Assembly (NCBI GenBank): GCA_019636275.1
Contig: JAHBXY010000023.1
Span: 1,509 to 65,508 of the forward strand
From: Planctomycetota bacterium
GTDB taxonomy: Bacteria; Planctomycetota; J058
Reading direction: 5' to 3'
DNA length: 64,000 nt
A program made the translations under genes and the position numbers. The stretch's first letter is position 1; the number at the start of each line of letters is the position of its first letter. Under the pieces are notes generated by a model. It was given only the letters and a program-made list of their open reading frames with translations, was not told the DNA's origin and did not search any database. Below, piece by piece: positions 16,525 through 27,058 of this stretch.

Positions 16525-17016
16525 ATGACCGACGCACGACGACGGGCGGCCCTGATCGGCGGGCTCGCCCTCCTGCTGCTCCTCTACCTTCACGCGACGG
16601 ATCCTGCGCCTCCGGTCGCCCGGCTGGGAAACGACGGGGGCGCCTGGCCGATCGGCGCGCTGAAGACGATCAGCACCTCGCAGACGGTCTTCCGCGAGTG
16701 GGACCACGACCGCAACGGCGTCCTCGACTACGGGACGCTGCGCCAGCTCTCGGACGCCAACCTCATCGACCCCCTCCTGGGCAGCGGCGAGAAGGACGGC
16801 TACCGCTTCGAGACCCGGCCGTCGCCCACGACGCCCGAGTTCCTCTGGTTCGCCGTGGCCAACCCGATCCGGCCGGGCACGACCGGCGACCGCTACTTCT
16901 GCACGAACCACTCGGGCGTCATCTACTACACCGGCGTCCAGGGCCGGGCGATCGCCCTCGACGACGGCGGGCCGGAGTGCGCGGTCCCGACGACCATGCT
17001 CCCGGTCGGGAAGTAG
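16525..17016 (+). CDS. Small membrane-anchored pilin-like/DUF2950-like protein
   Basis: N-terminal TM helix followed by IGALKTISTSQTVFRE.D.D.NGVLDYG.L..L..LID..LGSG.KDGYRF..A.P..PG.TGDRYF. It has no G|F cleavage site. Confidence 0.6.
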   Translation: MTDARRRAALIGGLALLLLLYLHATDPAPPVARLGNDGGAWPIGALKTISTSQTVFREWDHDRNGVLDYGTLRQLSDANLIDPLLGSGEKDGYRFETRPSPTTPEFLWFAVANPIRPGTTGDRYFCTNHSGVIYYTGVQGRAIALDDGGPECAVPTTMLPVGK

Positions 17017-17020
17017 CGCG

Positions 17021-18028
17021 TCAGCCGGGCAGCGCCCAGCACGGCCCGACGACGACCACCCGCCCGGCGTCGCCCGCGCGCGCGCCGAGCGGCGCCTCGG
17101 CCAGCACCTCGCGCTCGCCCGCCCGGACGCGCACCCGCGCGCCACGGCCGACGAAGGCCCGGGCCACCACGCGCGCGTCGCCCGCGCCCGCCTCGAAGCG
17201 CGCCTGCTCGGGGCGCACGAGGAGCGTCACGGGCCCGGTCCGCGCCGCGACGAGCGCCACCTCGCCGAAGGGCGTGCTCGCCGACTCGCCCCGCGCCTCG
17301 GCCGGCACGAAGGCGCACGGGCCGAGGCGCGCCGCGATCGCCGCGTCGACCGGCCGGGCGTAGACGACCTCGGGCGCGTCGCACTGCACGATCCGCCCGG
17401 GTGGCCCCTCGAGCACGGCCACGCGGTCGGCGAGGGTCATGGCGTCCTGCGCGTCGTGCGTGACCAGGAGCGCGCTGGCGCCCTGCCCGGCGAGGAGCGC
17501 GCGCACCTCCTGGCCCAGGTCGAGGCGGCGCGGCGCGTCGACGTTGGCGAACGGCTCGTCGAGGAGCAGCACGTGCGGCTGCGCCGCCAGCGCGCGGGCG
17601 AGCGCCACGCGCTGTTGCTGGCCTCCGGAGAGCTGCGCCGGCCGGCGCGCCGCCAGGTCCGCCAGGCCGGTCGCCGCGAGGAGCGCGTCGACGCGCGCCG
17701 GGTCGGGGCAGCCGAAGGCGACGTTGTCGCGCACGGTCATCGCCGGGAAGAGCGCGTACTCCTGGAACACGAGGCCCACCCCGCGCCGCTCGGCCGGCAC
17801 GCGCTCGCGCCCGCCCTCGGCGACGACCGCGCCGCCGACGACCACGCGACCCCGGGCCGGCGTCGTCAGCCCGGCCAGGCAGCGCAGGAGCGTCGTCTTG
17901 CCCGAGCCCGAGGCGCCGACGAGCGCCACGAGCTCGCCCTGCGCGAGCGTCAGGTCGACGCCCTCGAGCACCGGCGCGCCGGGCGCGTAGGCGTGCCCCA
18001 GCCCCTCGACGACCAGCGGCAGCGTCAC
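17021..18028 (-). CDS. fbpC: Fe3+ ABC transporter ATP-binding subunit (FbpC/FutC-like)
   Basis: GASGSGKT, VPAERRGVGLVFQEYALFP, LSGGQQQRVALARALA, LLLDEPF and VTHD, with a TOBE-like tail. Confidence 0.88.
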   Translation of the reverse strand: MTLPLVVEGLGHAYAPGAPVLEGVDLTLAQGELVALVGASGSGKTTLLRCLAGLTTPARGRVVVGGAVVAEGGRERVPAERRGVGLVFQEYALFPAMTVRDNVAFGCPDPARVDALLAATGLADLAARRPAQLSGGQQQRVALARALAAQPHVLLLDEPFANVDAPRRLDLGQEVRALLAGQGASALLVTHDAQDAMTLADRVAVLEGPPGRIVQCDAPEVVYARPVDAAIAARLGPCAFVPAEARGESASTPFGEVALVAARTGPVTLLVRPEQARFEAGAGDARVVARAFVGRGARVRVRAGEREVLAEAPLGARAGDAGRVVVVGPCWALPG

Positions 18029-19545
18029 CGCTCACCTCCCCAGCGCGCCGAGAGCGCGAACGCCGCCAGGCACACGCCGACGAGCACGAGGCCGGCGGCG
18101 CCCGCGTCGTGCAGGAGCGCCTCCTCGAGCCGGTCGTAGACGCGAAACGACAGCGTCCGCGCCCCGGCCGCCGGGCCGAGGAGCAGCGTGATCGGCAGCT
18201 CCTTGGCCACCTGCGCCACGACGAGGCCCGCGGCGGCCGCGACCCCCGGCGCGACGGCCGGCAGCACGACGCGCACGAGCCGCCGCGCGCGCCCCGCGCC
18301 GAGGACGCGCGCCGACTCGTCCTGCCGCGGGTCGAACGCGGCCGCCGCCGTGCGCAGGGCGGCGTGCGCCTCGGGCAGGAAGCGGGCCACGTAGCCGGCG
18401 AGGAGGAGCGCCCCGGCCTCGCCCAGCGCGCGGTAGGCGCCGCCGCCGGTCAGGGCCAGGGCCAGGCGCAGGACGCCGAACGCCACGAGCACGCCGGGCA
18501 GGGCGTGGCCGAGGAGCACCGCCAGGTCGACGCCACGCCGCCCGTGCCGCCCGGCCGCCCAGCCGGGCGCCCAGGCCAGGAGCACCGTGACGAGGGCCGC
18601 GACGGCGCCGACGCGCAGGGTGATCGCCACCGGCTCGCCGAGCGGGGCGAACGGCAGCCCGCGCGACCAGCCGTCGACGACCCACAGCGCCAGCGTCGCC
18701 ACCGGCAGGAGGCAGCCCAGGCCGGCCGTGAGCCCGTGGGCGACGAGCGCCGCGGCGAACCCCGCCCGGCCGAGCGGGCGGCGCTCGACCGGCCGCGGGT
18801 TGGCGACGCCGGCCTCGGCCACGCGCCCGTGGGCCAGGCGCCCGAGGACGAGCAGCAGCAACGTGGCCGCGAGCAGGAGCCCGCCCAGCACGGCGGCGTC
18901 GCCCAGGCGCTGCTGCGCGACCGCCTGGTAGATCCGCCAGGTGAGCACCGGCGCGTCGAGGACCGCCACGGCGCCGAAGTCGGAGAGCACGTAGAGCTGC
19001 ACGAGGAGCGCCGAGGCCACGAGCGCCGGCCGCAGCCGCGGCAGGACGACCGCCCGGAAGGCCGCCGCGCGCGAGGCGCCGAGCGTGCGCGCCGCCTCCT
19101 CCTCGGCCGCCGGGACGCGCGCCAGGGCGGCGCCGACGATCACCTGCGCCAGCGGCGCCGTCGCCAGCGTGAGCACGACCGCCGCCGCGCCCAGGCCGAC
19201 GAAGGCCGGCAGGCCGAGCGCGCCGCCGGGTCCGAGCGCGTGGCGCAGCGCGCCCGCGAGGAGGAAGCTGGGGAGCGCCAGCGGCAGGAGCGAGAGGACG
19301 ACGAGGACCCGCCGCCCGGGGTAGTCGGCGCGCCGGTCGAGCCAGGCGAGCGCCGCGCCGAGGGGCACCGCGAGCGCCGAGACGACGACGGCCAGGCCGA
19401 CGCTCCTGAGGACGAGCGGCCCGAGCCCCGCCGGCGGCGCGCGCCACGGGTCGCCGCCGGCGAGCCCGACCGCCAGCCCGACGACGGGCAGGAGCGGCGC
19501 CGCCGCGCCCGCGGCCACGAGGGCCCACCCGCCGGCGCGGGTCAC
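18025..19545 (-). CDS. fbpB: Fe3+ ABC transporter permease (FbpB/FutB-like)
   Basis: Two permease domains with EEEAARTLGAS and DESARVLGA loops, SDFGAV and KELPITLLL. GTGA-coupled. Confidence 0.88.
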   Translation of the reverse strand: MTRAGGWALVAAGAAAPLLPVVGLAVGLAGGDPWRAPPAGLGPLVLRSVGLAVVVSALAVPLGAALAWLDRRADYPGRRVLVVLSLLPLALPSFLLAGALRHALGPGGALGLPAFVGLGAAAVVLTLATAPLAQVIVGAALARVPAAEEEAARTLGASRAAAFRAVVLPRLRPALVASALLVQLYVLSDFGAVAVLDAPVLTWRIYQAVAQQRLGDAAVLGGLLLAATLLLLVLGRLAHGRVAEAGVANPRPVERRPLGRAGFAAALVAHGLTAGLGCLLPVATLALWVVDGWSRGLPFAPLGEPVAITLRVGAVAALVTVLLAWAPGWAAGRHGRRGVDLAVLLGHALPGVLVAFGVLRLALALTGGGAYRALGEAGALLLAGYVARFLPEAHAALRTAAAAFDPRQDESARVLGAGRARRLVRVVLPAVAPGVAAAAGLVVAQVAKELPITLLLGPAAGARTLSFRVYDRLEEALLHDAGAAGLVLVGVCLAAFALSARWGGER

Positions 19546-20540
19546 TGCAGCCCGAGCGCCCGCAGGAGCTCGAGCGTCGGCTCGAGGTCGGTCAGGTGCA
19601 CCGGGTCGACCGTGGCCAGGCCCAGGCGCTCGAGCGGCGCCACGTCGGGGTGCGTCGGCACGCCGGGGACGACGGGGTACTCGAACGTCTCGCGGGCGAA
19701 GTACTCCTGCGCCTCGTCGGAGAGGAGGAAGGCCACGAGGCGCCGCGCCTCCGCCTCGACCGGGCTGCCGGCGCGCACGGCGGCGCCCGAGAGCATGAGC
19801 AGGTTCCCGGCGTCGCCCGCCTCGGCGAAGCTCGAGTTGACGAGCGTCGAGTCCGGCCGCTTCAGGCGGTGCAGGTAGTAGTGGTTCACCCAGCCCAGCT
19901 CGACCTCGCCCCGGGCGACGGCCTCGACGATCGGGCCGTTCTTGGCGTAGGCGCGCGGCTCGTTGGCGGTCATCGCCTGGAGCCAGGCCCGCGCGCGCTC
20001 CTCGCCCCACAGGTGGCGCAAGGCGCTCACGTGCGCGTGCAGGCTGGCGTTGCCCGGCGCCCAGCCCACGCGCCCCTTCCAGCGCGGGTCCGCGAGGTCC
20101 TCGAGGCGGCGCGGCAGGTCCTCGGGCTTCACGCGCGCGGCGTCGTGCACGAGGACGCGCGCGCGCCCGCTCGTGCCCACCCAGCGGCCGCCCGGGTCGC
20201 GGAAGCGCGCGTCGGCGCGCGCGAGGACGTCGTCGGGCAGCGGCGCGAGGAGGTCGGCGATCGCGCCCAGCGCGCCGCACTCCTGCGCGATCACCACGTC
20301 GGCCGGGCTGCGGTCGCCCTCGACCCGGAGCTGCGCGGCCAGCGTCGGCGTGCCGGAGTAGCGCACGTCGAGCGCCACGCCCGTGCGCTCCTGGTAGCGG
20401 GCGAGCAGCGGCGCGAGCAGCGCCTCGCCCCGGCCGCAGTAGACGACGACCCGGCCCGAGGTCGACGGCGTCGACGGCTCGGCCGGGCAGCCGGCGAGGA
20501 GGACGGCGAGGGCGAGCAGGCTCGACGAAGGACGGATCAC
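19542..20540 (-). CDS. fbpA: Fe3+ ABC transporter substrate-binding lipoprotein (FbpA/FutA-like)
   Basis: Lipobox LLAG|C, EGDRSPADV, WVGTSGRARV, WAPGNAS, and the Fe-ligand VNHYY motif followed by TFEYP. Confidence 0.88.
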   Translation of the reverse strand: MIRPSSSLLALAVLLAGCPAEPSTPSTSGRVVVYCGRGEALLAPLLARYQERTGVALDVRYSGTPTLAAQLRVEGDRSPADVVIAQECGALGAIADLLAPLPDDVLARADARFRDPGGRWVGTSGRARVLVHDAARVKPEDLPRRLEDLADPRWKGRVGWAPGNASLHAHVSALRHLWGEERARAWLQAMTANEPRAYAKNGPIVEAVARGEVELGWVNHYYLHRLKRPDSTLVNSSFAEAGDAGNLLMLSGAAVRAGSPVEAEARRLVAFLLSDEAQEYFARETFEYPVVPGVPTHPDVAPLERLGLATVDPVHLTDLEPTLELLRALGLQ

Positions 20541-20567
20541 GGCGGTCCTCGGGGAGGAGGGAAAGGT

Positions 20568-20628
20568 GAGATTGAGACTCAGTCTCAACGAGCCCTGCCT
20601 TGGACCATGGCGGGGCTTCCGTCGTCAA
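20568..20628 (-). promoter_or_regulatory. Promoter of the iron ABC operon: -35 TTGACG (20628-20623) plus operator GAGATTGAGACTCAGTCTCAA (20568-20588)
   Basis: The operator is identical to 1219-1239, with the same 40-bp -35-to-operator offset as the other two promoters. Confidence 0.8.
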
Positions 20629-20746
20629 GCCTAACGCCCGTCCGTCGTGGAACCACGCACGTGGCTGGTTCCTCGACGCGCCGCCGACGGACGCGACGGC
20701 GCTTCGTCGGGCGCGGGGCGTGCTTGCCCCTCCGGCAGGAGGGGGC

Positions 20747-22147
<1,401 letters not shown>

Positions 22148-22150
22148 CGA

Positions 22151-23509
22151 TCACACCGGAGGGGGCGGCGTCGCCAGTGAAGGCGGCGGCACCAGTGGCG
22201 GCGGCGTCGCCAGGGGCGTGGGCGGGGTGACCGTCGGCGGCGGCACGGGGACATCGAGGATCACCCGCGGGGGCTCCTGGATGTGCTCGGCCTCGCCCAT
22301 GATCACGTGGCGCCACACGTAGGTCGCCAGCGGCACGCCGATGATCAGGCCCCACAGGCCGACCAGGTGCTGCCCGAGGTACAGGACCACGAGCACCGCC
22401 AGCGGGTGCAGCTTCATGTGGTGGCCGTAGATCCTCGGGTTGAGGATGTAGGCCTCGATGATGTGGACGATCGTCACCATGACGACCACCCCGACCACGA
22501 GGAGGATCCCGCCGTCGTCCTGCGTGAGGGCCACGAGGCAGATCGGGACGGTCGAGATGAACACCCCGGCGATGGGGATGAACGAGCAGATGAACACGAT
22601 CGTCGACAGGAGGCCGATCCCCTTGACCCCCAGGGCGAGCATGCCCGCCGCGGTGAGGAACGTGTTCACGAGCGCGATCAGCGTCTGCGCCTCGAAGGCG
22701 CGCCCGAGGAGGCGGGCGAAGGTGGCGATCGACGGCGCGACCTGGACGTAGGCGTCGCCCAGGCGCGAATCGCGCAGGCGGCTGATCGCGGCGGCGATCT
22801 TCGGCGCGTCCCACACGATCATGAAGGAGAACAGCAGCGCGAGCAGGGTGAAGATCACCCCGGTCATCGTCCCCTCGAGGATGAGCTTCAGGCCGGGGAT
22901 CAGCTTCTGGTCGCGCACCCAGCGGAGCAGGATCGAGATCTGCTCGCTCACGGCCGGCTCGGCCAGGCGGTCGCCGATGTCGCTCAGGAAGCCGGGCGTC
23001 TCGCCGCGCCGCCGCTTGTCGCCGAACACGGCCCCGAACATGGAGCCCTTGACCATGGCGGCGCCCTCGATGATCGGCTGGCCGCCGAGGGCGCGGGACA
23101 TCTGCACGTCGATGAACCGCTTCGGGTCGTCGAGGTCGCGCGCGCTCAGGCGCTTGAGCTGAACGTGCGACTCGCGGATCGCGCGCGGCACGGTGGCGAC
23201 GCCGAGGCCCACGACGGCGCCGACGATGCCGGCGAAGACGAGGATCACCGGCACGCGGCGGCTGGTGAAGTGCGGCGAGATCCGCTCGACGATGCTCGAT
23301 GAGATGTAGGCCAGGACGAAGGTCAGGAACACCAGGCCGAAGAACGGGCGCAGCACCCAGAGCAGGAGCAGGAAGGCCGCCCAGATGGCGATCTTCTTCA
23401 TCGGCAGGCGCAGGAGCGGCCGCAGGAGCGGCGCCCGCGTCACCGAGGTCGTCGTCGCGTCGTCGTCGTCCGCCGGCGGGGGGGGCGGGGTGACGCGGGC
23501 GTCGCTCAC
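22151..23509 (-). CDS. AI-2E family (PerM-like) transporter
   Basis: Multi-TM protein with FIPIAG, EAYILNPRIYG..MKLHPL and GLWGLIIGVP. Confidence 0.85.
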   Translation of the reverse strand: MSDARVTPPPPPADDDDATTTSVTRAPLLRPLLRLPMKKIAIWAAFLLLLWVLRPFFGLVFLTFVLAYISSSIVERISPHFTSRRVPVILVFAGIVGAVVGLGVATVPRAIRESHVQLKRLSARDLDDPKRFIDVQMSRALGGQPIIEGAAMVKGSMFGAVFGDKRRRGETPGFLSDIGDRLAEPAVSEQISILLRWVRDQKLIPGLKLILEGTMTGVIFTLLALLFSFMIVWDAPKIAAAISRLRDSRLGDAYVQVAPSIATFARLLGRAFEAQTLIALVNTFLTAAGMLALGVKGIGLLSTIVFICSFIPIAGVFISTVPICLVALTQDDGGILLVVGVVVMVTIVHIIEAYILNPRIYGHHMKLHPLAVLVVLYLGQHLVGLWGLIIGVPLATYVWRHVIMGEAEHIQEPPRVILDVPVPPPTVTPPTPLATPPPLVPPPSLATPPPPV

Positions 23510-25230
23510 TAGAAGCCTCCCGAGCGGACGAAGCCGACGAACAGGACGAGGCCGTAGAGGACGCCGAGGACGAGGGCCACGAGGCCCAGCAGGGCCTCGA
23601 GCGGCGCGCCGCCGATCGTCACGCCGGTGCGCGCCAGGAGGAGGGCGGCGGCGCCGATCAACGTGCACGTGACCAGCGCCAGGGCCAGGCGGTTCAAGGC
23701 CTGCGCCTGGTCGCGCGCCGCGTCCTCGTAGCCGCGCACGTCGTGGCGCAGGGTCAGCTCGCCGTCGCGCAGCCGGCGCAGGACGAGCCGCAGGTCGGCC
23801 GGACCCGTCTCGAGCAGGTGGCCGAGGTCGTCGGCGATGCGGCGCGGCACGCGCGTGTGGTAGGCCGGGTCGGCCAGCCGGCGCAGGTAGATCTTGAGGA
23901 TGACCGGCCGGATCTCCTCGAGCGTGTTGAGCTGCGGGTGGATGTCGCGGCCGACGCCCTCGATCGTCGCCAGCGCCTTGCCGACCAGCAGCAGGTCGGC
24001 CGGGAGCTGCACCTCGTGGCGGACGATGACCTCGAACACCGACTGCAGGTACTTGCCGATGTCCAGCTTCGCCAGCTCGACCGACTCGAAGCGGGCGATC
24101 AGGTCGTCGATGTCCTGCTTGAGCGCGCGGACGTTGACGTGCTCGTCGATCAGCGCCTGGCGGTGGAACAGCCGGATGAGCTTGTCGGTGTCGCGCGTGA
24201 GCACGCCCACGAGGAAGGTCAGGAGCTCGTCGATCCGCTCCTGGTCGAGCGAGCCCATCATGCCGTAGTCGATCGGGCAGATGCGGTTCCCGTCGAGGAC
24301 GAACAGGTTGCCCGGGTGCGGATCGGCGTGGAAGAAGCCGTGCACCAGCGCCTGCTCGAGGATGAAGCGCACGCCGTTCTTCGCCAGCGCCGGCAGGTCG
24401 ATGTCGGTCCGCTGGTGGATCGCCGGGTCGTTGAGCTTCGTGCCGCGGATGAACTCCTCGCACAGGACCTTCGGCGTGGTCAGGTCCTCGACGACGGCCG
24501 GCACGTAGACGGTCGGGTCGCCCTGGAAGTTCTTCGCGAAGCGCTTGATGTGGTACGCCTCGATCGTGAAGTCGATCTCCTTGACGATCGACTTCTGGAA
24601 CTCGGCCACGATCGCGCGCGGGCGGTAGCGGCGGATCTCGGGGATCCGCTCCTCGGCCGTCTCGGCCAGCCAGGAGAGGATCGACAGGTCGGTCTCGATG
24701 ATCCGCTCGAGGTTAGGGCGCTGGACCTTGAGCACGACCTCGCGGCCGTCGAGGAGCACGGCCCGGTGCACCTGCGCGATCGACGCCGCCGCCAGCGGCT
24801 GGGCGTCGAACTCCTTGAAGATCGTGTCGAGCGGCCGCCCGTAGAGCGCCTCGACGTGGGCGCGGATCCCGGCCGTGTCGAACGGCTTGACCTTGTCCTG
24901 CAGCTTGCGCAGCTCGAGGACGAGCGGCATGGGGATCAGGTCGGGGCGCGTGGCCAGGACCTGCCCGAGCTTGATGAACGTCGGCCCCAGCTCCTCGAGC
25001 ATGAGGCGCACGCGCTCCTCGCTCGTGAGCTGCTCGAAGCGCGGGTCGCTCGTGGGGAAGAGGCGTCGCTTCAGGTCGTGGAGGACCGAGTCGAGCCCGA
25101 TGCGGGCCACGACGTCGCCGAAGCCGTACTTGAACAGGACCCCGAGGATCTGCGGGAACCGCTGGAGGCTGCGGATCCGCTGCGGGATCGAGGCGATGCC
25201 CACGTGGGTGCTCCCCTGAAGGGGGGTCAT
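23509..25230 (-). CDS. ubiB: ABC1/UbiB (AarF) atypical kinase
   Basis: LEELGPTFIKLGQVLATRPDL, PLAAASIAQVH, VLKVQRP, GFFHADPHPGN and IDYGMMG, with C-terminal TM helices. Confidence 0.92.
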   Translation of the reverse strand: MTPLQGSTHVGIASIPQRIRSLQRFPQILGVLFKYGFGDVVARIGLDSVLHDLKRRLFPTSDPRFEQLTSEERVRLMLEELGPTFIKLGQVLATRPDLIPMPLVLELRKLQDKVKPFDTAGIRAHVEALYGRPLDTIFKEFDAQPLAAASIAQVHRAVLLDGREVVLKVQRPNLERIIETDLSILSWLAETAEERIPEIRRYRPRAIVAEFQKSIVKEIDFTIEAYHIKRFAKNFQGDPTVYVPAVVEDLTTPKVLCEEFIRGTKLNDPAIHQRTDIDLPALAKNGVRFILEQALVHGFFHADPHPGNLFVLDGNRICPIDYGMMGSLDQERIDELLTFLVGVLTRDTDKLIRLFHRQALIDEHVNVRALKQDIDDLIARFESVELAKLDIGKYLQSVFEVIVRHEVQLPADLLLVGKALATIEGVGRDIHPQLNTLEEIRPVILKIYLRRLADPAYHTRVPRRIADDLGHLLETGPADLRLVLRRLRDGELTLRHDVRGYEDAARDQAQALNRLALALVTCTLIGAAALLLARTGVTIGGAPLEALLGLVALVLGVLYGLVLFVGFVRSGGF

Positions 25231-25264
25231 GATAGCGGTAGCCGGCGGCGGGAGGGGGACGACG

Positions 25265-26098
25265 TCAGCGCGGCAGGGCCGCCCGGAGCGCCGCCAGCGA
25301 CGCCGCCGGGAGCTCGTGCCCGCGGTGCGAGTGGCGCGAGAGCTCGACGGCGCAGAGGCCCTGGAAGCCGCTCGCCGCGAGCGCGGCGAGGGTCGCCGGC
25401 AGGTCGAGGTCGCCCTCGCCGAAGGGGACGTGCTCGTGGCGCCCGCGGGGGGCGTCCTCGAGGTGCACGACGGTCAGGTGGGCCGCGTGCGCGGCGATCG
25501 CCTCGGCGGGCGTCCCCTCGGGCTCGACCAGCGACACGTGCGAGACGTCGAGCGTCAGCCCGAGGCCGGGGACGTCCTCGTGGAGGGCCCGCCAGCCGGC
25601 GAGCGTGTCGACGCCGTGGCCGGGCTCGGGCTCGAGCGACACGGCGACGCCGAGCTCCTGCCCGCGGGCGCAGAGCTCGCGCAGGGCCTCGACGCGCAGA
25701 GCGTGCACGACGTCGGGGTCGCCGCCCGCCGGCGCCGGGCCGGTGGCCAGGGTCAGGGCCTCCGCCTGCAGCTCGGCCGCGACCTCCAGGCAGCGGCGCA
25801 GGTGGTCGAGGCGGCGCAGGCGCGCGACCGGGTCGGGGTCGTCGAGGGCCGGGTGGTGCTTCCTCCGCGGGTCGAGCACGTAGCGCGCGCCGGTCTCGAC
25901 GACGCAGGCAAGGCGCAGGCGCCGCAGGAGCCGCTGGGCGGCGGCCACGTCGCCTGGCCCCGCGCGCAAGGGGTCGAGGTGCATGACGTCGAGCGTCAGC
26001 GCGACCCCGTCGTAGCCGTCGTCCGCCAGGAGCGCGAGCGCGTCCTCGAGGCGGTGCGACTGCAGCCCGTTGGTGTTGTAGGCGAAGCGCAGGCTCAC
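25265..26098 (-). CDS. Sugar-phosphate isomerase/epimerase (AP-endonuclease-2 TIM barrel)
   Basis: LEPEPG, LTLDVSH, VHLED, HEHVPFGEG and VELSRH metal motifs. Confidence 0.85.
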   Translation of the reverse strand: MSLRFAYNTNGLQSHRLEDALALLADDGYDGVALTLDVMHLDPLRAGPGDVAAAQRLLRRLRLACVVETGARYVLDPRRKHHPALDDPDPVARLRRLDHLRRCLEVAAELQAEALTLATGPAPAGGDPDVVHALRVEALRELCARGQELGVAVSLEPEPGHGVDTLAGWRALHEDVPGLGLTLDVSHVSLVEPEGTPAEAIAAHAAHLTVVHLEDAPRGRHEHVPFGEGDLDLPATLAALAASGFQGLCAVELSRHSHRGHELPAASLAALRAALPR

Positions 26099-26436
26099 CG
26101 GCCGAGCCCGGCCCGCACCCGCGCTGCCTGCTCGGGCAGCCAGCGCCAGAAGAAGGCGTAGCCGATCCCGAAGACCGCGCCCGTGTTCGCCAGGCCGAGG
26201 AGGGCCACGAGGACCTTCGCGCCGGGCGAGAAGGCGCGGCTGCGCAGGAGGCGCGGGATCGCCGCCGCGCCGAGCGACAGGACGACGAGCGACAGGACGT
26301 ACTGCCGCTCGTGGCGGTCGACCTCGTCGGGGTCGTAGGGCCGCTCCTCGGCGGCCGCCCGGCAGCGCGGGCAGTAGGAGAACCCGGCCGGGACGGCCAG
26401 CGCGCAGGTGGGGCAGGCGTGGAGGGTCGCGCCCAT
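26095..26436 (-). CDS. Small zinc-ribbon membrane protein
   Basis: CPTC..YCPRC followed by two TM helices. Overlaps the downstream start codon. Confidence 0.65.
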   Translation of the reverse strand: MGATLHACPTCALAVPAGFSYCPRCRAAAEERPYDPDEVDRHERQYVLSLVVLSLGAAAIPRLLRSRAFSPGAKVLVALLGLANTGAVFGIGYAFFWRWLPEQAARVRAGLGR

Positions 26437-26482
26437 GGCGCCCGAGGATAACCGGCCAGGCCCCCGGGAGGCCCGGCCGGCG

Positions 26483-27001
26483 TCAGCGGCGAAGCGCGCG
26501 GGCCTCCACGCGATCGAGCGCCCCGAGCACGGTCTCGATCGTCATGCCGTAGGCCACGTGCGCCACCACGCCGCGCGCGTGCGTCTGCCAGGGGTAGGCC
26601 GTCGGCCGCGCGGCGAGGCCCAGCGCCGTGACGAGGACCTGGTCGGCCAGCACCTCGAAGCCGAGGCCGAAGGCGGCGCCGTGCAGGCGGCGCGCCGCCG
26701 GCCAGCGGCGCCGCAGCCAGGCGTAGGTCACGCCGGCGCCCAGCGTGATCCCCCAGTGGAGCGCCCAGCCGAAGCGGCGCCGCGCCTCGGCGGAGAGGCC
26801 GAGCCCGAGCGCGCCGTCGATCCGCCGCGCCGCCACGTCGTAGACGTGCTCGCCCGCGCGCGCCTCGTCCTCGCGGCGCCGCGCGGCCGGGTCCTCGTGC
26901 TCGTACATGAACACCGTGATCGGGTCCATGACCTTGGTCGCGATCGCCCCGCCGACCAGGCCCTCGGCGATCGTCGTCAACATGCCATCGCGCGCGTTCA
27001 C
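26483..27001 (-). CDS. Membrane protein (DUF1440-like)
   Basis: GLVGGAIAT.VM, ALHW..G, and H...AHVAYG motifs; GGAG/GAGG upstream. Confidence 0.6.
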   Translation of the reverse strand: MNARDGMLTTIAEGLVGGAIATKVMDPITVFMYEHEDPAARRREDEARAGEHVYDVAARRIDGALGLGLSAEARRRFGWALHWGITLGAGVTYAWLRRRWPAARRLHGAAFGLGFEVLADQVLVTALGLAARPTAYPWQTHARGVVAHVAYGMTIETVLGALDRVEARALRR

Positions 27002-27058
27002 GCGACCTCCTCGCGTCCCCCTCCCCTCCAGGAGACCCCCGATCGACGCCGCCGCCAG

